In this document: positions 11,802-26,707 of the stretch, one piece after another | Layout: every line of letters begins with the position of its first letter | Numbering within the stretch: the first letter of the stretch is position 1 | DNA from: Octopus sinensis | Lineage: Eukaryota | Direction: 5' to 3' | NCBI RefSeq assembly: GCF_006345805.1 | Contig: NC_043003.1 | Span: 104,222,001-104,286,000, forward strand | DNA length: 64,000 nt | Program-made: the position numbers and the translations under genes | Notes under the pieces: model-generated | Seen by the model: only the letters and a program-made list of their open reading frames with translations | Databases searched by the model: none | What the model was told of the DNA's origin: nothing

Positions 11802-14800
11802 ACATACGTATGCATGTGTGTGTTTCTAGATGTATGATAGTTGTAAACAAGCATCCTCATCATGCAATCAGTGTCTTTATTTCCAACCTCCTGTGAAAAT
11901 ATGTGTAGCCATGGAGAAATATCACCTTGCTTGGAAACGGATAAAGACTGGTGATAAGAAAGGTATCCAGCTCCAGGAAATCAACCTCAATAAAATTCAT
12001 TTGACCCATAGAAGCCTGGGAAAATGAAAGTTTAAATGATGATGATGATGATAATGATATTGGAAGACAAGTTGTGTATATGATGTGGTTTATGGATGAT
12101 ATAACCAGGTGTATTTACAATTCTTCCAGTTTAAATAAATGTGACTATGTGTCTGTGTGTTTGTATATATGAAAGGATACAGCTGACAGTTTAATCATCT
12201 GTCAGAGAAATCAGTGAATCTGGTCCATTCTTGGAAGAAAATCCATCAATTTCTTATTGAAAAGAACCCACTAGTTAAGGGTTTGGGTGCAAAAGTGGGA
12301 GTTTTTTTGGGTTTTTTGTAAGGATTTTGATGTGTTTCAATAGAATTTCCGTTATGCATTTTTCTACATTCTTTGAACTATGCCAGAATATAGAAATCAA
12401 AAATATGCTGGAACTTGGACAATTGCATTTTGTCATTAAAAGATTATTATTCCATGCTATTTGATAAAATTATGATTAGCTTTAATGGTTTGGTCACCTG
12501 TTGCCTTAACAGCTATTTGGCAATATAGCACAAGCCAACAGGACACATTGGATAATGTGACCCTAGATACACTATGCTCAAAAAACAGATTAAAAGCTTA
12601 TAACCTGAATTTCATCTTAGGTCTTATCAATCAGGATTGACCTCAGGTTAACAAATGATCTAGAGCCATGCCATTTCTGCCAACTTTTTTAACTAACAAG
12701 ATATCTAAATTCCTTAGTAATGGGGTCAGAAAGTCTAAACATTTGATTTCTAAGGCATTTTCTCAGAATTATTATCAGCAAAAGTGATGTGAAATTGGTG
12801 GGAATTGAAACCAAAATGAAGTTTTGGCTTGTCTCATTGCTTGTTTTTTTTTTGGTGTTTTTTTTGCTCACATTCCATTCTAAATAATGATGGTTTCTCA
12901 AGAATAGCTACTAATTTTGGTGAAGTATAGTTGTTTCAATTAACATAATTATGATGTAATTATTCAACAGAATTTAGAGCAGTGACCTTTCATCCTTTTT
13001 TATCCAAAGCCCAGTGAATAAGGCACTAAAAGTGTTACAATACACTATTTGCTTTTTAAAAAGTTTTATTACATAAAACGAAAACAAATATTCAAATTCT
13101 TTTAAAAGAGAGATAAGTGCTCACACTGACTTTTGCTACTGGTGAACATATGTACATTGTCGAAATGCACAAGCATCAGTGAATGTACATTAAAAGCACT
13201 TAAATTTTTTTTAATGACCAGATATTTTCTGACTCACCTTAAGAATTCATGGCAGTCAACAACATGTAGCCAACTCTTTTTCACATGTGGGCACAGTAGG
13301 CTGGTCAGGAACATTTGGTCTGTAGGAGCACTAAAATAAGATCTTGGCTACCCAATTTTCTTTTCCAGTTGTTACTAAACTCCTTTTCTTTACTTAGGGT
13401 GTGTTCCATAACCAGTGAGATTCCATTAGACTATCACGGAAATCTTCACCTTGATGCTGTGATATCACAGGTAATACAATCTGCTCTCACAGGAGAAGCT
13501 GAACTCAGCAATTGAAGCTAATAAAACATCAAATTCATTATAGTGTCACTACTTTTGTCAGTAAGTTGCACTACTCTGCAGTATCAGTTGACAGTTATGT
13601 AAATTGGATTTCTACTTGAATAATAAAATTGAAGTTTTATATGCTCTTTTACACACACACACACACACACACATTATATTACATCATATTTAATTGTATG
13701 CTACAATTTAAGTTGCTATTGATGTTCTGTTTAATTTTCTATAGGTTGGAATATCTTAGGCTATAGGATTTCTCAGTCAAGGATTATCAAACAACAACTC
13801 AATTATATGAAACATTGAGAATCCCTAAGTTAACCAGGAAGGGACAGTTAAACAAACTGACTTGATTTCTATGTATTTTTATTGAAAACCTACCCAAAAG
13901 AATGAAATGATCTCTTTTGGGGTACAGATTAGAATGTGTCTGTATATAGCAGTAGCGCCATCCTATATATGTTAGCAGTATTTTAATGTGAAATTAAGGT
14001 GGCAAGCTGGCAAAACTATTAGCATACCTGGCAAAATGCTTAGAAACATTTCATCTGTCTTTGTCTTCTGAGTTCAAATGCTGCTGGGGTTGACTTTGCC
14101 TTTCATCCTTTCAAGGTTGATAAAATAAGTACCAGTTGAGTACTGGGGTTAATGTACTCAACTTGACTTCTCCCACAAAATTTCTGGCCTTGTGCCAAAA
14201 TTTGAAACCAATATTCTAATATGAATTCTAATTACTTGCGCTTTGTAGAGGGTCGTATTGTGAAAGCCTTTAATCACATTCTCAAAAGAAACTGCAGAAC
14301 CCCTATGAACAACCTCAATGATGATTTAATTTAATGCAGCAAGGCTCAAAAATTTCCCAACATGACATACTCAGTGTGTATCCTGTGACTCTGTATAAGG
14401 GCCTAATTACTATTAATAGTTACCGAAAACACATTCTGAAGGTCCTTACCTGTCTAAGACTACACAGATGTATTAAATATAATTGTATGCAGCTATATTT
14501 TAATAGATGCTGCTTTGAACTCCTCTAATTTGCTAATTTCAGTTTGACCAAACCTTGAGTACATCAGCATATGCCCTATTTACTGTTTAAATATTAGAGT
14601 GCTATGAACCACAGATTCAATATCCGCTGCTGGTGATATGTAACGATACAGAAACACAAATGTGCTCCAGTCTGATGGCATCATCGTAACCTAATGATGT
14701 ATTTTTCACACATACTGTCAAACTTTGAGCTGTAGGTCTAACATGCTGCACAGTTTAGCAATGCAACTTGAGCCTGGGGTACTTTTCATCAATATTTACT

Positions 14801-15435
14801 CGATTGCAAACATTCAAACTTGGCCTTCAGTTCTGTCTCCACTCACATTTGTCTTGCAGACATTAACCTGCAGATGGATTTCTGGTTGAGAATCAGTTAG
14901 CAACAATTTCAAGGGTCTTTAGACACCTACAAAAAAACATGCCTTTTTTATATTCAGGCTGAACTATGATTATGTCAATCTGCCAGTCTGGGAAACCTTG
15001 GCCAAAGGCACTGGTCATAGGCACTGAACTTCCTCCTAAAAAAAATATTTTTTTAAAATCAACATCTCACCCCACTGACATTGTTGTCAGGGATATGGCA
15101 CTAATTCATCCAATGACACGGTACTAAGCAAGCAAAATAAAAATGAAGATACTTTGGAGAGTTGTTAGTTATTTCTCAAAATTTCTATTTTAATTTTCTT
15201 TAAAATGTATTTGCTTTCTTTGTGCATGTTGTGACACCAGTAAAGCAGATAGGCTTTCTAAAATTTTTCAAAACTATTTTGTCTAGTTAGGAATCTTGGC
15301 ATCTTAAAATATCTATTTTTCTGCATTATATTTATTATATAAATGTATGTGTCATGAATTGATGTGGAATTTTTTCTCTATTCTGCAGCATTCTTAGAAT
15401 ATATTTAATTCTACCATTTCTAGAAAAACATGTGC

Positions 15436-15466
<31 letters not shown>

Positions 15467-15685
15467 AGCAGAAAATGGAGAAAACTTTTGATCATTTTCT
15501 CCATTTTCTGATTAATTAAATTTGATTCCATATAAACTTTTTTTATTCAGTTATTACTTGTACCCTATGAGCATGGTGTGCTTGCATACCAATGCCCAGC
15601 GATAGCTTAGATAAATGATACTGGTAGTAAGAACAGATATACTTATCCCTTAGATGGTTATTCCAACTGCTAACTCTGCTTACCT

Positions 15686-17042
<1,357 letters not shown>

Positions 17043-17084
17043 ACAGCAGTGTGCAATATTTTACCAAAAATGAAAACTATAATT

Positions 17085-17351
17085 GTCACTAAATATGACT
17101 AGGATGTTAGAAACACCTACATTGCTAGAAATAAGAGCTAAAATGGTCTAATGCTGTAGTCAAAATACATATAATTGTATACATATATACTGACAGAGAT
17201 CATAATTTGCCCTCTCAATTGTTGTTTTTGGGTGATTATGGTCCCTGTCAGTATATATGCATATAATTGTGCTTTGACTTCAGCATTAGGGCATTTTAGT
17301 TCTTATTTCTAGCAATGTTGGTGCTTCTAACACTTTTGTATTATTTAGTGA
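17085..17351. repeat. foldback palindrome with ~125-bp arms
   Basis: GTCACTAAATA...CATTGCTAGAAATAAGAGCTAAAATG..CTAATGCTG...ATATACTGACAG inverts to CTGTCAGTATAT...CAGCATTAG..CATTTTAGTTCTTATTTCTAGCAATG...TATTTAGTGAC. Confidence 0.75.
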
Positions 17352-17619
17352 CACTCATGTATATATATATATGCAAATATAAACAATTTGGCTGCTTGTT
17401 TCTCTGGAGATTGTCAAAATGATGTGGATGCCTTTGAAGAGAACCTAATAAGGTTCAAAAATTAATTAAGGTTGTTCATCATTTCTTTCCAGTCTGCAGA
17501 GAAATGGCTAAAATTTGCCCTGTTTATAATTATACCATATGTTACATACATACCGCGTGTGTACCATTGGCGATTTTTTTTCCTCTGTCTTCCCTTCTCT
17601 GGATCTTTCCTTCTCCTAT

Positions 17620-17654
17620 GTTTCTGACGAAGAGCTCCACTCGAAACGTTAAAC
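17620..17654 (+). ncRNA. type I minimal hammerhead ribozyme with palindromic stem III, in a Penelope-like repeat end (~17545-17750)
   Basis: Reads GUUU-CUGACGA-A-GAG(CUCCA)CUC-GAAAC-GUU-AAAC. Stem I is GUUU/AAAC; stem III is the ACGU palindrome typical of dimeric PLE hammerheads; the cleavage triplet is GUU. Confidence 0.6.
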
Positions 17655-19153
17655 CCTCCTTCTTTCCTTCTTTCCTGAGCGTCCAATAATACTATATTTG
17701 TTCCACGTCCTTGTGTTGTGTTTTTTTGTGCTTTCTTGGTTGGATTAACTATATATATATATATATATATAAGTTCAGCAAAAATTTAGATTCAAATGAA
17801 TATGGTACTTAATTTAGATGCACCAGAATTTGGTATGGTGTTATCCATAAAAATCCGTGGGTTGATTATAATCAAAATAAGCAACAAGAATGACTCCGGT
17901 AATTTGGTACGATCGTTTCGTACTACATCATTTTGTTAAATGTTGTAAGTATTACAACAGATTTAAGATGCTGAGTACTCATCAGCCAATTATAGAGGTT
18001 TTCCATTAATACAAAAATTTTCAAATCAAGTGGCAACATATGGTATAATTAGGGCAAATGCATACAAGTATATACATAAATGTGTGCACGCACATGTATG
18101 TACATGTGTGCATATATCTATGTACCCACACACACATATGCTTATATATGTAAATGTATGTGTGTGTGTGCATGAGTGTATATATATGCATGCATATGTA
18201 TGTATGTATATATTTACCTATCTATCTACACGTGTTTGAACTTAAAAGGAAATTGTACTCCATATAGGAGTAGAATGTAATTATGTATTGAAGAACTCAG
18301 ATTATGGTCTGTGACTGCTCAAAGTTTCAAATTAATACCGTTTCCTTAAGTCAGTTCTGAAGTACAAATTACATTTATAACTGAAATAACTGTTGGTTGC
18401 AATCACACTGAAATAGAAAAAAAAAGTAGAGAATATATATATATATACACACACACATAGATAGACAGACTACATATATATATGCACACACACATACATA
18501 CATAACGTTATATATAGATCTATGTATGTACTCATTTCTGTCAGTCATTAAAAAGAAACAAAATTATTTATTAAAAAATATTTGATAAAAATTACGACCT
18601 CTTGTGAGTGTCTATTAAGCCATGAAGAATTTAAATTTCAAAATGATGAAAGCTGAAGTTTTTAGATATGAAGTCCACTAACTGTTAAATTTGTGAATTT
18701 GTGGTAAAATTTTAAAATTTTAAAAACTTTCAGATATTTGTCTTATAATTTGTTTTCTATTAAATTTTGGAGAAACTTTTAAATTAATGATTATTTTTCA
18801 AAAAATATAATAAAGGAAGTAGATCAATGTCTGTAATGTTTATTTGTCTAATTGTGAGGGAAGTGTTTGTATTTTTAAAAAGTTTCCAATATTTAATATC
18901 AGAACTTAAAATATTTTGTAAAACAGTGGAAAAAATTTTTTTTCTAATTTCTAAAACTTTGAATCTTAACCATTTAAAGACCAGTAATGCTTGTTAATTT
19001 GTGAGAAAAATCTTTAAATTTTTGAAATTGTTAAACATTTCTGAAAAGACAAATTTAAAATTTATGGATAAAAGAAAAAAAAATAAAACAAATTATCTTT
19101 AACAAATTCCAACAACTTTTATTATTTTTTTTTCAAAATTTTAACTATTGTGT

Positions 19154-19197
<44 letters not shown>

Positions 19198-20317
19198 AGT
19201 CAGTGAAAGAAAGAATGTATTCTTATCATTGTTGCCTTCGTTTTCATCATAGTTTTCATGTCCATTTTTCCAATCTTGCAAGACTTCCTTTGGGGCAGCT
19301 TTTCTACCATTGGATGCCCTTCCTGTCACCAACCTTCACCTGTTCCCAAGCAAGGTAAGATTTCCCCATAATCCGTTTTTCAAGAAAGACTGAAAGCAAA
19401 GGACACCACTGCTAAGACAGTGGCACTTGCTTACAACTATCACACAATGTCAAATCAAGGAGGCACAAACACACACACATAATATATACAGTGCAATACC
19501 CATATACAAATGGTGATGATATGCTGTACAACAGCTCTATCCAGCCTAGAAAACCACTCCCTAATAGCTACTAACTCCCAATAGAATATTGCTCTCACAT
19601 ATGGGACATTGATCCTAAACTGCATTCAAAGAGCAGCCACTTAAATGATGGGCATGAAGTCAGTCACCAATACACACTAAACTCTGTCCCACAGACATGA
19701 TGTATTCTCTCTCTCTCTGCTTTTTTCTATTGCCACTACAGGGGCTTCTGCATCTTAGGCATTTTAAAGCTGGCTGACTTCATATAACCTCTATATACAG
19801 CTGCTTCTGAATTATTCATCTCTGCATGTCTTGTCATCCGTAGTGTCCTTCCTACATAGAATATTATTCCACTGGAATCTCCCTTCACTACCCAAGTTAT
19901 TCTTGCAGTTGATGATGTGCAACAATTCAGGTGGAACAGTAATCACATCAAATTCATCAGACTCAGAGACCTAGTGATACAGTGAACACAGACCCTTCCT
20001 CCAGACCAGTGATTCTCAGCTGGGGTCCATATAAGATTTTGTTGTTAAAATCTGTCTGCAATAAATTCATACTTTTACAATTCACAAAATATGTTAGCAA
20101 TTTTTTTAATACAACTTCTAAAAACATTCAATGATAAGAATAGAGGTGCAGGCATGGCTGTGTGGTAAGAAGCTTGCTTCCCAACTATATGCTTTTGGGT
20201 TCAGTCCCACTGCATGGCACAATGGGCAAGTGTCTTCTGTTATAGCCTCAGGCCAACCAAAGACTTGTGAGTGGATTTGGTAGGCAGAAATTGAAAGAAG
20301 CCCATTGTATATATGAA

Positions 20318-23300
20318 CAGTAGTCCCCTGGTATTTGCAGGGGTCATGTTCCTAGAACAACCGTGAATAGTTAAAAATCGCGTATATTGGATGTGGTCCA
20401 TAAAAATGCCTATAAATCAAAATATGACAAAATTATATATATATATATATAATATTTAATAGTAATTTAATAAAAAATAAAATAAAATGTACAGTCACTC
20501 ACCAATATTGATTTAAGATGATGATGATGAAAATAATGATGGCAATGACTGCACAGCAAAGAAGATTTAAAGCTCTTCAGGTGATGCCTCTTCTTCAGCT
20601 GTTTCAGGGGATGTCGTATCTTCGTGCAAGGCTTTCTTAGTGGGCTTGAGGAGCATCGTGATGGGAAGTTGCTGTTGTTGTTTCTTCATGGTGGTGAGGA
20701 GAGTTTTATACGTCTGCATAGCAGCAGTGATAGCATTTTTATATTGGAGAGACCGAACTATATAGGGATCCCATGCTTCCACCTTCACTTGCAATTCCTT
20801 TACTGTCCTTAAAAGGATGTTCGATTGCCAGGCCCACCTCATCCTCTTCCTCTGGATCTGGTGCTTTCTCCTCTTTGCTGACTCCAACAAATCTTTGTTT
20901 GTCAGGGTTTCAGAGTGGGCATTGATGAGGTTGTTGACCTCACCTTGTGTGATGCCATCAAAACCTTCACCACCATGTACCTTTGCCTGTTTCCTCACTT
21001 TGTTGACAGCCTCATGCTGAATAACTTCAGGTGAGAAGCCCTTGTAGTCCTGGACACACTCTGGCCACACCTTCTTCCAGCATGTGATGAAGGTTTCTGT
21101 TTTCATGTCTTTCAGAGCAGCGTGGATGACTGACAGGCACATTGTGATCATGAAGTAATGCCAGTACTCCTTTAACTTGAAATTCTCATCCGAATCCATT
21201 GCGTCCACAGGGTGTTGGAGAGAGTTCTGAGTGTAAAGTGCCTTGAAGGCATGGATCATGCCTTGATCCATAGGCTGGATGAGGGAGGTGGTGTTGGCAG
21301 GGAGGAACTCAACTTGTATTCCCTCATGATTCAAATCCAAAGAGTGACCACCGGCATTGTCCATAACAAGCAATACCTTGAATTCCATGCAAACATTTTG
21401 GAGGTATTCCTTGACTTGAACGATGAAGCACTGGTGGAACCAATTCAAAGTTAGACTTTTGGTAATCCAAGCCTTGGGGTTGTGTATCTAGTGGACAGGC
21501 AGCAGGTTTTTATTCTTATTTTTGAAGGCCCTCGGGGTCGCAGACTTTTTGGATAAGTTCTGGACCCATCATGAAGACAGCAGCATCGCCACATGTAATT
21601 AGCATCACTCTGTCCTTCTGTGCCTTAAATCCTGGGGCTCTGGCTTCTTCCTTCATGATGTACATTCTGGAAGGCATCTTCTTCCAGAACAAGCCAGCCT
21701 CATCCATACTGAGAACCTGTTCCGACTTGTCTCCCTTGGCCTCGATGACCTACCTGAAGGTCTTGAGGTACTTCTTGGCTTTTTTTTTGCTGGCTGATGC
21801 TGTCTCTCCATGCAGGGAAACACACTTTATTTTAAACTGTTTTTGGAAACAGTCAAACCATCCGTCGCTGGTTTGAAAATCTTTGGGCTCCGGTGCTGTC
21901 AATGGTCTTGGTTGTGGTTCTTTGGTGCCTTCTGCTTTGTCTTTTCAGTTGAACTGCTGGTATAATTTCCGTGCTTTTCTGTGGATGATGTTACCACTCA
22001 AGAGGACGTTTTTCTTCTTGCAGACACTGATCCACGATGCCAAGGCAGATTCCATCCTGAGGAAGTGCTTATTTCTCACTATTGTTATCTTTTTGGCACT
22101 TTTAAAGAAACTTAATGCTCCAGTATTCCTGATTGCCATCTTGGTTTTTATGTCGCATATGGTGATTTCGTTGACAACATAATAGCGACCTACTGCAGCA
22201 TAACTTTACCTTCCCGGAACATATCCAGCAGTTGTACCTTCTCATGGAGCATCATAACCTTTTTTTGGCACTTAGGTTCACTGCCTTAGAAAGTGTAGGG
22301 CATTTGGGTGGCATCTTAGGGCTTTAATAAGACACTGCAAAAAACACAGCACCCAACAAAATACTTGATATAGCTACTGGACACAGTTTTTCCCCCAAAA
22401 AACAATAAAAATCTTCCTTTCACCTAATATGCACATACCATCAATGGGAGATTAAGCAGAGATTAAAAATAAGCATGGTTTTGAAAAATATAGTTTGTGC
22501 TACCATCAGATACAGTAATCTATACTATAATAATAATAATATTAATAATAATGATAATAATAATAATAAATAATAATAAATGCCCTGATGCAGTACCAGG
22601 CAGTGGCTCTCATGGGTTCTGATCTTAATTGATTGGAAGTGTTATCATGTACATTGTTTTGTCTTGGTATAAAAGATGGGCTACAGCAAATATTCTGCTC
22701 AATACCTCAGATTTGCTTGTCAGTTGTTTGACCGTAACCAGTTGAGCATGTCCCTTAGTGGCTGACGATATGTGCATCTCTGATCACGAGCAGAAGTAGT
22801 GGGGGAGCATCATAGCCATGTGTTGAGAGGGATTCTTTGGGGTTTGAATAATTCACCTCTGGAAACATGGGTGGTTCTTTCGACATCCTTAAACAACCCT
22901 TATTCAGGGACCTTTTGAGCGGGATGGGCTACTCAACCTGAAGAAAATTCTAACTGGGCCCCACCTGCAAGGTCATGTGCTGTTTATCTTGATATGAGAT
23001 CACCATGTCGCGCACACATATGGTTGTAATGCATGTGCCTGGTGTACCTTTATCAGACGGGTAGTCATGATGGATATATTGGGCTTCGTATATTTTACCC
23101 CAGTGTCACTTTGATGGCATGAACTGCTCTCTCACTCAATAATAATAATAATAATAATAATGATAATAATAATAATTATGAGAGTGAGACAGAGAGGAAG
23201 CAGCAAGTAACCTAACTTCAATTAGGCTAAATTGGCTAATGACCTTCAAAATTATTCTGTTAAAATAAACAATGGGTATGATCAAATGTAGTGATTTTGA

Positions 23301-23563
23301 AAAAAAGTGCTGATAGTCGCTGTACTAATTAGCAAGCTTTGCATGGCTATTGCAATCAGAGGGACCTTCAGCCGCAAAGAGGCACCCAGTAAATCAGCAA
23401 ATACATTATATCCTTATCAAAAATTTAGCCTTAAAATATGTGAACTAGTATATATTGCCACAAAAAGTCCCATAAAAAATTGCAGACAATATTTACAATT
23501 CTGCGAATATGCGGTGATTTCCATGAACAATTATTAGTTCTGAGAATAAGTAGGGATACACTA
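20318..23563 (-). mobile_element. Tigger/pogo-type DNA transposon, near full length, degenerate, with an internal insertion
   Basis: CENP-B-like HTH start MPPK at 22314. DDE motifs DEAGLFWKKMP and LLVMDNAGGH...LIQPMDQGMIHAFKALY (ORF 20567-21448), broken by stops and frameshifts. Terminus CAGTAGTCCC at 20318 and a related end (GGGATACACTA) near 23563. Confidence 0.9.
22578..23140. repeat. unclassified ~560-bp interspersed repeat flanked by (AAT)n, inserted in the Tigger 5' region
   Basis: Higher-GC block bounded on both sides by (AAT)n, interrupting the Tigger non-coding end; no ORF recognised. Confidence 0.45.
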
Positions 23564-24368
23564 TATGTGTGTGTGTGTGTGTCTTTGTCTCCCAGGAACT
23601 GCTTGACAGCCAGTTTGGTGTGTTCATAACCCCGTAACTTAGCAGTTCAGCAATAGAGACTGACAGAATAAGTACTAGGCTTAAAAAATAAGTCCTGGGG
23701 TCGATTTGCTAAACTAAAACCCTTCAAGGCAGTGATCCTGCATGGTCACAGTCAAATGACTGAAACAAAACAATAAAAGAATATGATTTTTTAACTATTG
23801 AATGGCTAGCAGAGTCCATCTGAGTAAAATAGGAATCAAAAGGGGCCACAGATAAAAAAAATGGTTCAGAAACATTGCTTTAGACCATATAACAAAAGGA
23901 AAAAAGATCCTAGTTCAAATCCAGTCTGTACCTTTTACATATTCAAAAATAAGATATTTGATGATGACTGGAGATAGAATTGTAAGGCATGGTTATGTGG
24001 TTAAAAACTTTGCTTTAGAGCCACATAGTTTCTGGTCCAGTACCTCTGCATGGTTCCTTGAGCAAGAACCTTCTCCTATAGCCTCAAGCCAACCAAAGCC
24101 TTGTAAGTAGATTTAGCTGACAGAAACAGAAAGAAGTCCATGTGTCTTCTTGTCTTAATTTCACACAATAGTTATAAATGAGCATCACTGTCATTCATTT
24201 CCAATATTTTGCAAAAACATGTCTAGCCAGGGGGATAAAATTACCGTGTTTGGAAACACGTAAGAGTTGGTGACAGGAAGGGTATCTGGTAGTAGAAAAT
24301 CTGCCTCAGTAAACTGTCCAACCCATGCATGGAAAAAGTGGGTATTAACACAATTGTGCTTATAGAAA

Positions 24369-24800
24369 TCTATATATATATAAAACTGGGAATGTGTGTC
24401 TGTCTGTCTGTCTGTGTGAATCCCTAAAACTTGAGAACTACACGACCAATTTCATTCAAATTTTACACATGCCTTATTTAGGGTCCATGTAGTGTCATAG
24501 GTAAAAAATTTCTAACTTCTTGCCTAAGGCAAGCCCACAGCAATATCATATCTTCACTATTTCAGTATTACGTGTTAAAAGTGAAACAAAAACATCTCTC
24601 TCTTGTAATGTCAGATACTTTCACTTTAATACCGAAACTATTAAAGTCAAACTATTATATAAGAGGGTTGAACCATTAACAGTGGACATCCATTTTGCTA
24701 GAAGAAGATCCGCTATGGTCTTATATGCTACACCACTGGTTTTCAATTCATATTAATCATATTAATATTCAATTTCTCACCCTTATTATTTTAAATTTAA
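24369..24800 (+). mobile_element. Helitron-like non-autonomous 5' fragment
   Basis: A|TCTATATATATATAAAA...GTGTGTCTGTCTGT...AACTACACGACCAATTTCATTCAAATTTTACAC is a typical Helitron-N 5' end; no clear 3' CTAG end. Confidence 0.5.
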
Positions 24801-25035
24801 ATTTAAACCCAGGACCATGTGTTTTGGAATGAAGTTTGTTACCACACAGCCACACCTACACCTATGTATGTGTGTGTGTGTGCGTGTGTGTGTGTGTATA
24901 GCTGTATATGTATACATTTATTTCTATACATACAGATGTATATGTATACATGTATATGTATAGATGTATATATATATATAGATGTACACGCTGCAGCCAT
25001 GTTTCGCATCTGAAAGTATTTCTCATCATCCAGTG

Positions 25036-25242
25036 ATGCCAGCTTCTAAATCGACAGACCCTTGTAAAAAACTAGCTTGCCAAATCCAGGCATGCCTACA
25101 GGAAAACTGATACCAAGAAGCAAAATGCCAAGAAGTTATTAATCTAATGCTTAAATGTTGTGAAAAATATGGTGCTAAGTCCAACTGCTGTGATGGATTC
25201 AAAGACACCCGAAAAGAATTTTCTAAAACTAACAGCCAATAA
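25036..25242 (+). pseudogene. CMC4: CMC4 (Cx9C motif-containing protein 4 / p8MTCP1)-like intronless copy with in-frame TGA at codon 25
   Basis: Translation: MPASKSTDPCKKLACQIQACLQEN*YQEAKCQEVINLMLKCCEKYGAKSNCCDGFKDTRKEFSKTNSQ*. Cys spacing C-x4-C-x4-C-x10-C-x9-CC matches CMC4 (human MPQKDPCQKQACEIQKCLQANSYMESKCQAVIQELRKCC, from memory). TGA at 25108-25110, AATAAA at 25245-25250, A-rich tract at 25262-25285. Confidence 0.8.
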
Positions 25243-26310
25243 CCAATAAACATTGTTCTGCAAAAATATAAAAATTAAAAAAAAACAGGCTATACACACA
25301 TAAATCAAAAGCTAACTCATCATTTAGGCTCCGACTGAGCTGACACATGATCAAAACCATTCCAGATATGACTATTTCATCTTTATTCAAGCATGACTAC
25401 CAAAGATTTCATTATGTTCCCTCTGCTGTTTCGTTTTTTAAGACACTAAACTGTGACATGGCTGCCTTTTCTAGCAGGTCAAGCAGACACCTAGAGATTT
25501 CCACAATGATTTTCCAATAACCATGTGTATTCTTGTTAGCTGATATTTCTGTATTGTACGTTTTTTTTTTCTTTTTTTTTTTTTACTTCATCCACCAATC
25601 CGATCGTGGCCGTTGCACGTAAAGAGCACCGGTGGCACGTAAAGAGCACCCACTACACTCACGGAGTGGTTAGCGTTAGGAAGGGCATCCAGATGTAGAA
25701 ACACTGCCAGATCAGACTGGAGCCTGGTGCAGCCTTTCTGGCTTACCAGATCCCCGGTCGAACCATCCAACCCATGCTAGCATGGAGAACGGACGTTAAA
25801 CGATGATGATGATGATGATGTACATGTAATATGCACACATATATATTCACATATATACATGCATACATATATACACCCATACACACATACTCACACACAC
25901 ACATACACACACACACACATACATAGGTGCAGGTGTGACTTTGTGGTAACAAACTTCGTTCCAAAACACATGCTCCTGGGTTCAGTCCCACTGTGTGGTG
26001 ACTTGGCATGTGTCTTCTGCTATAGCCTCAGACCAACCAAAGCCTTGTCAGTTGATTTTGTAGACAGAAACTGAAAGAAATCAATCGTATATATATATGC
26101 ATGTATATATGTAAGTCTGTGTGTGTGTCTTTGTGTTTCTCCCTCATTACTGCCTCACAACTGGTGTTCGTTTATTTACATCCTCATAACTTACTGGTGT
26201 CACAAGAAGAAACTGATAGAATAAGTACCAGGCTTATCAAATTTAAAAAAAGCACTAGGCAGTATCTCATATTTTTGTTTGCCCACACAATTTATCTTGG
26301 TGTGTGTGTG

Positions 26311-26405
<95 letters not shown>

Positions 26406-26707
26406 GGATTTCGTAGACAGAAACTTAAAGATATCAATTGTATATATATGTATGTATTTAAGTGTATGTGTGTGACTTTGTTTCTGTGTTTCACCCTCAT
26501 CACTGCTTCACAACTGCTGTTCGTTTATTTACATCCCCATAACTTACTGGTTTCACAAGAAGAAACTAATAGAATAAGTACCCGGCTTATCAACATAAAA
26601 AATGCACTACGCTGTGTCTCATATTTTTGTTTGCCCACTCAGTTGTATCTATCAGTTTATCTTTGCATGTGTGTATATATATATATACATGTATGTATAT
26701 GTGTACA

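Noticed and set aside
14450-14524. Minus-strand exon candidate with CAG|GTAAGG donor
   Set aside because: Its only open frame is phase 0-0 and cannot join the 13238-13319 candidate; the acceptor is poor.
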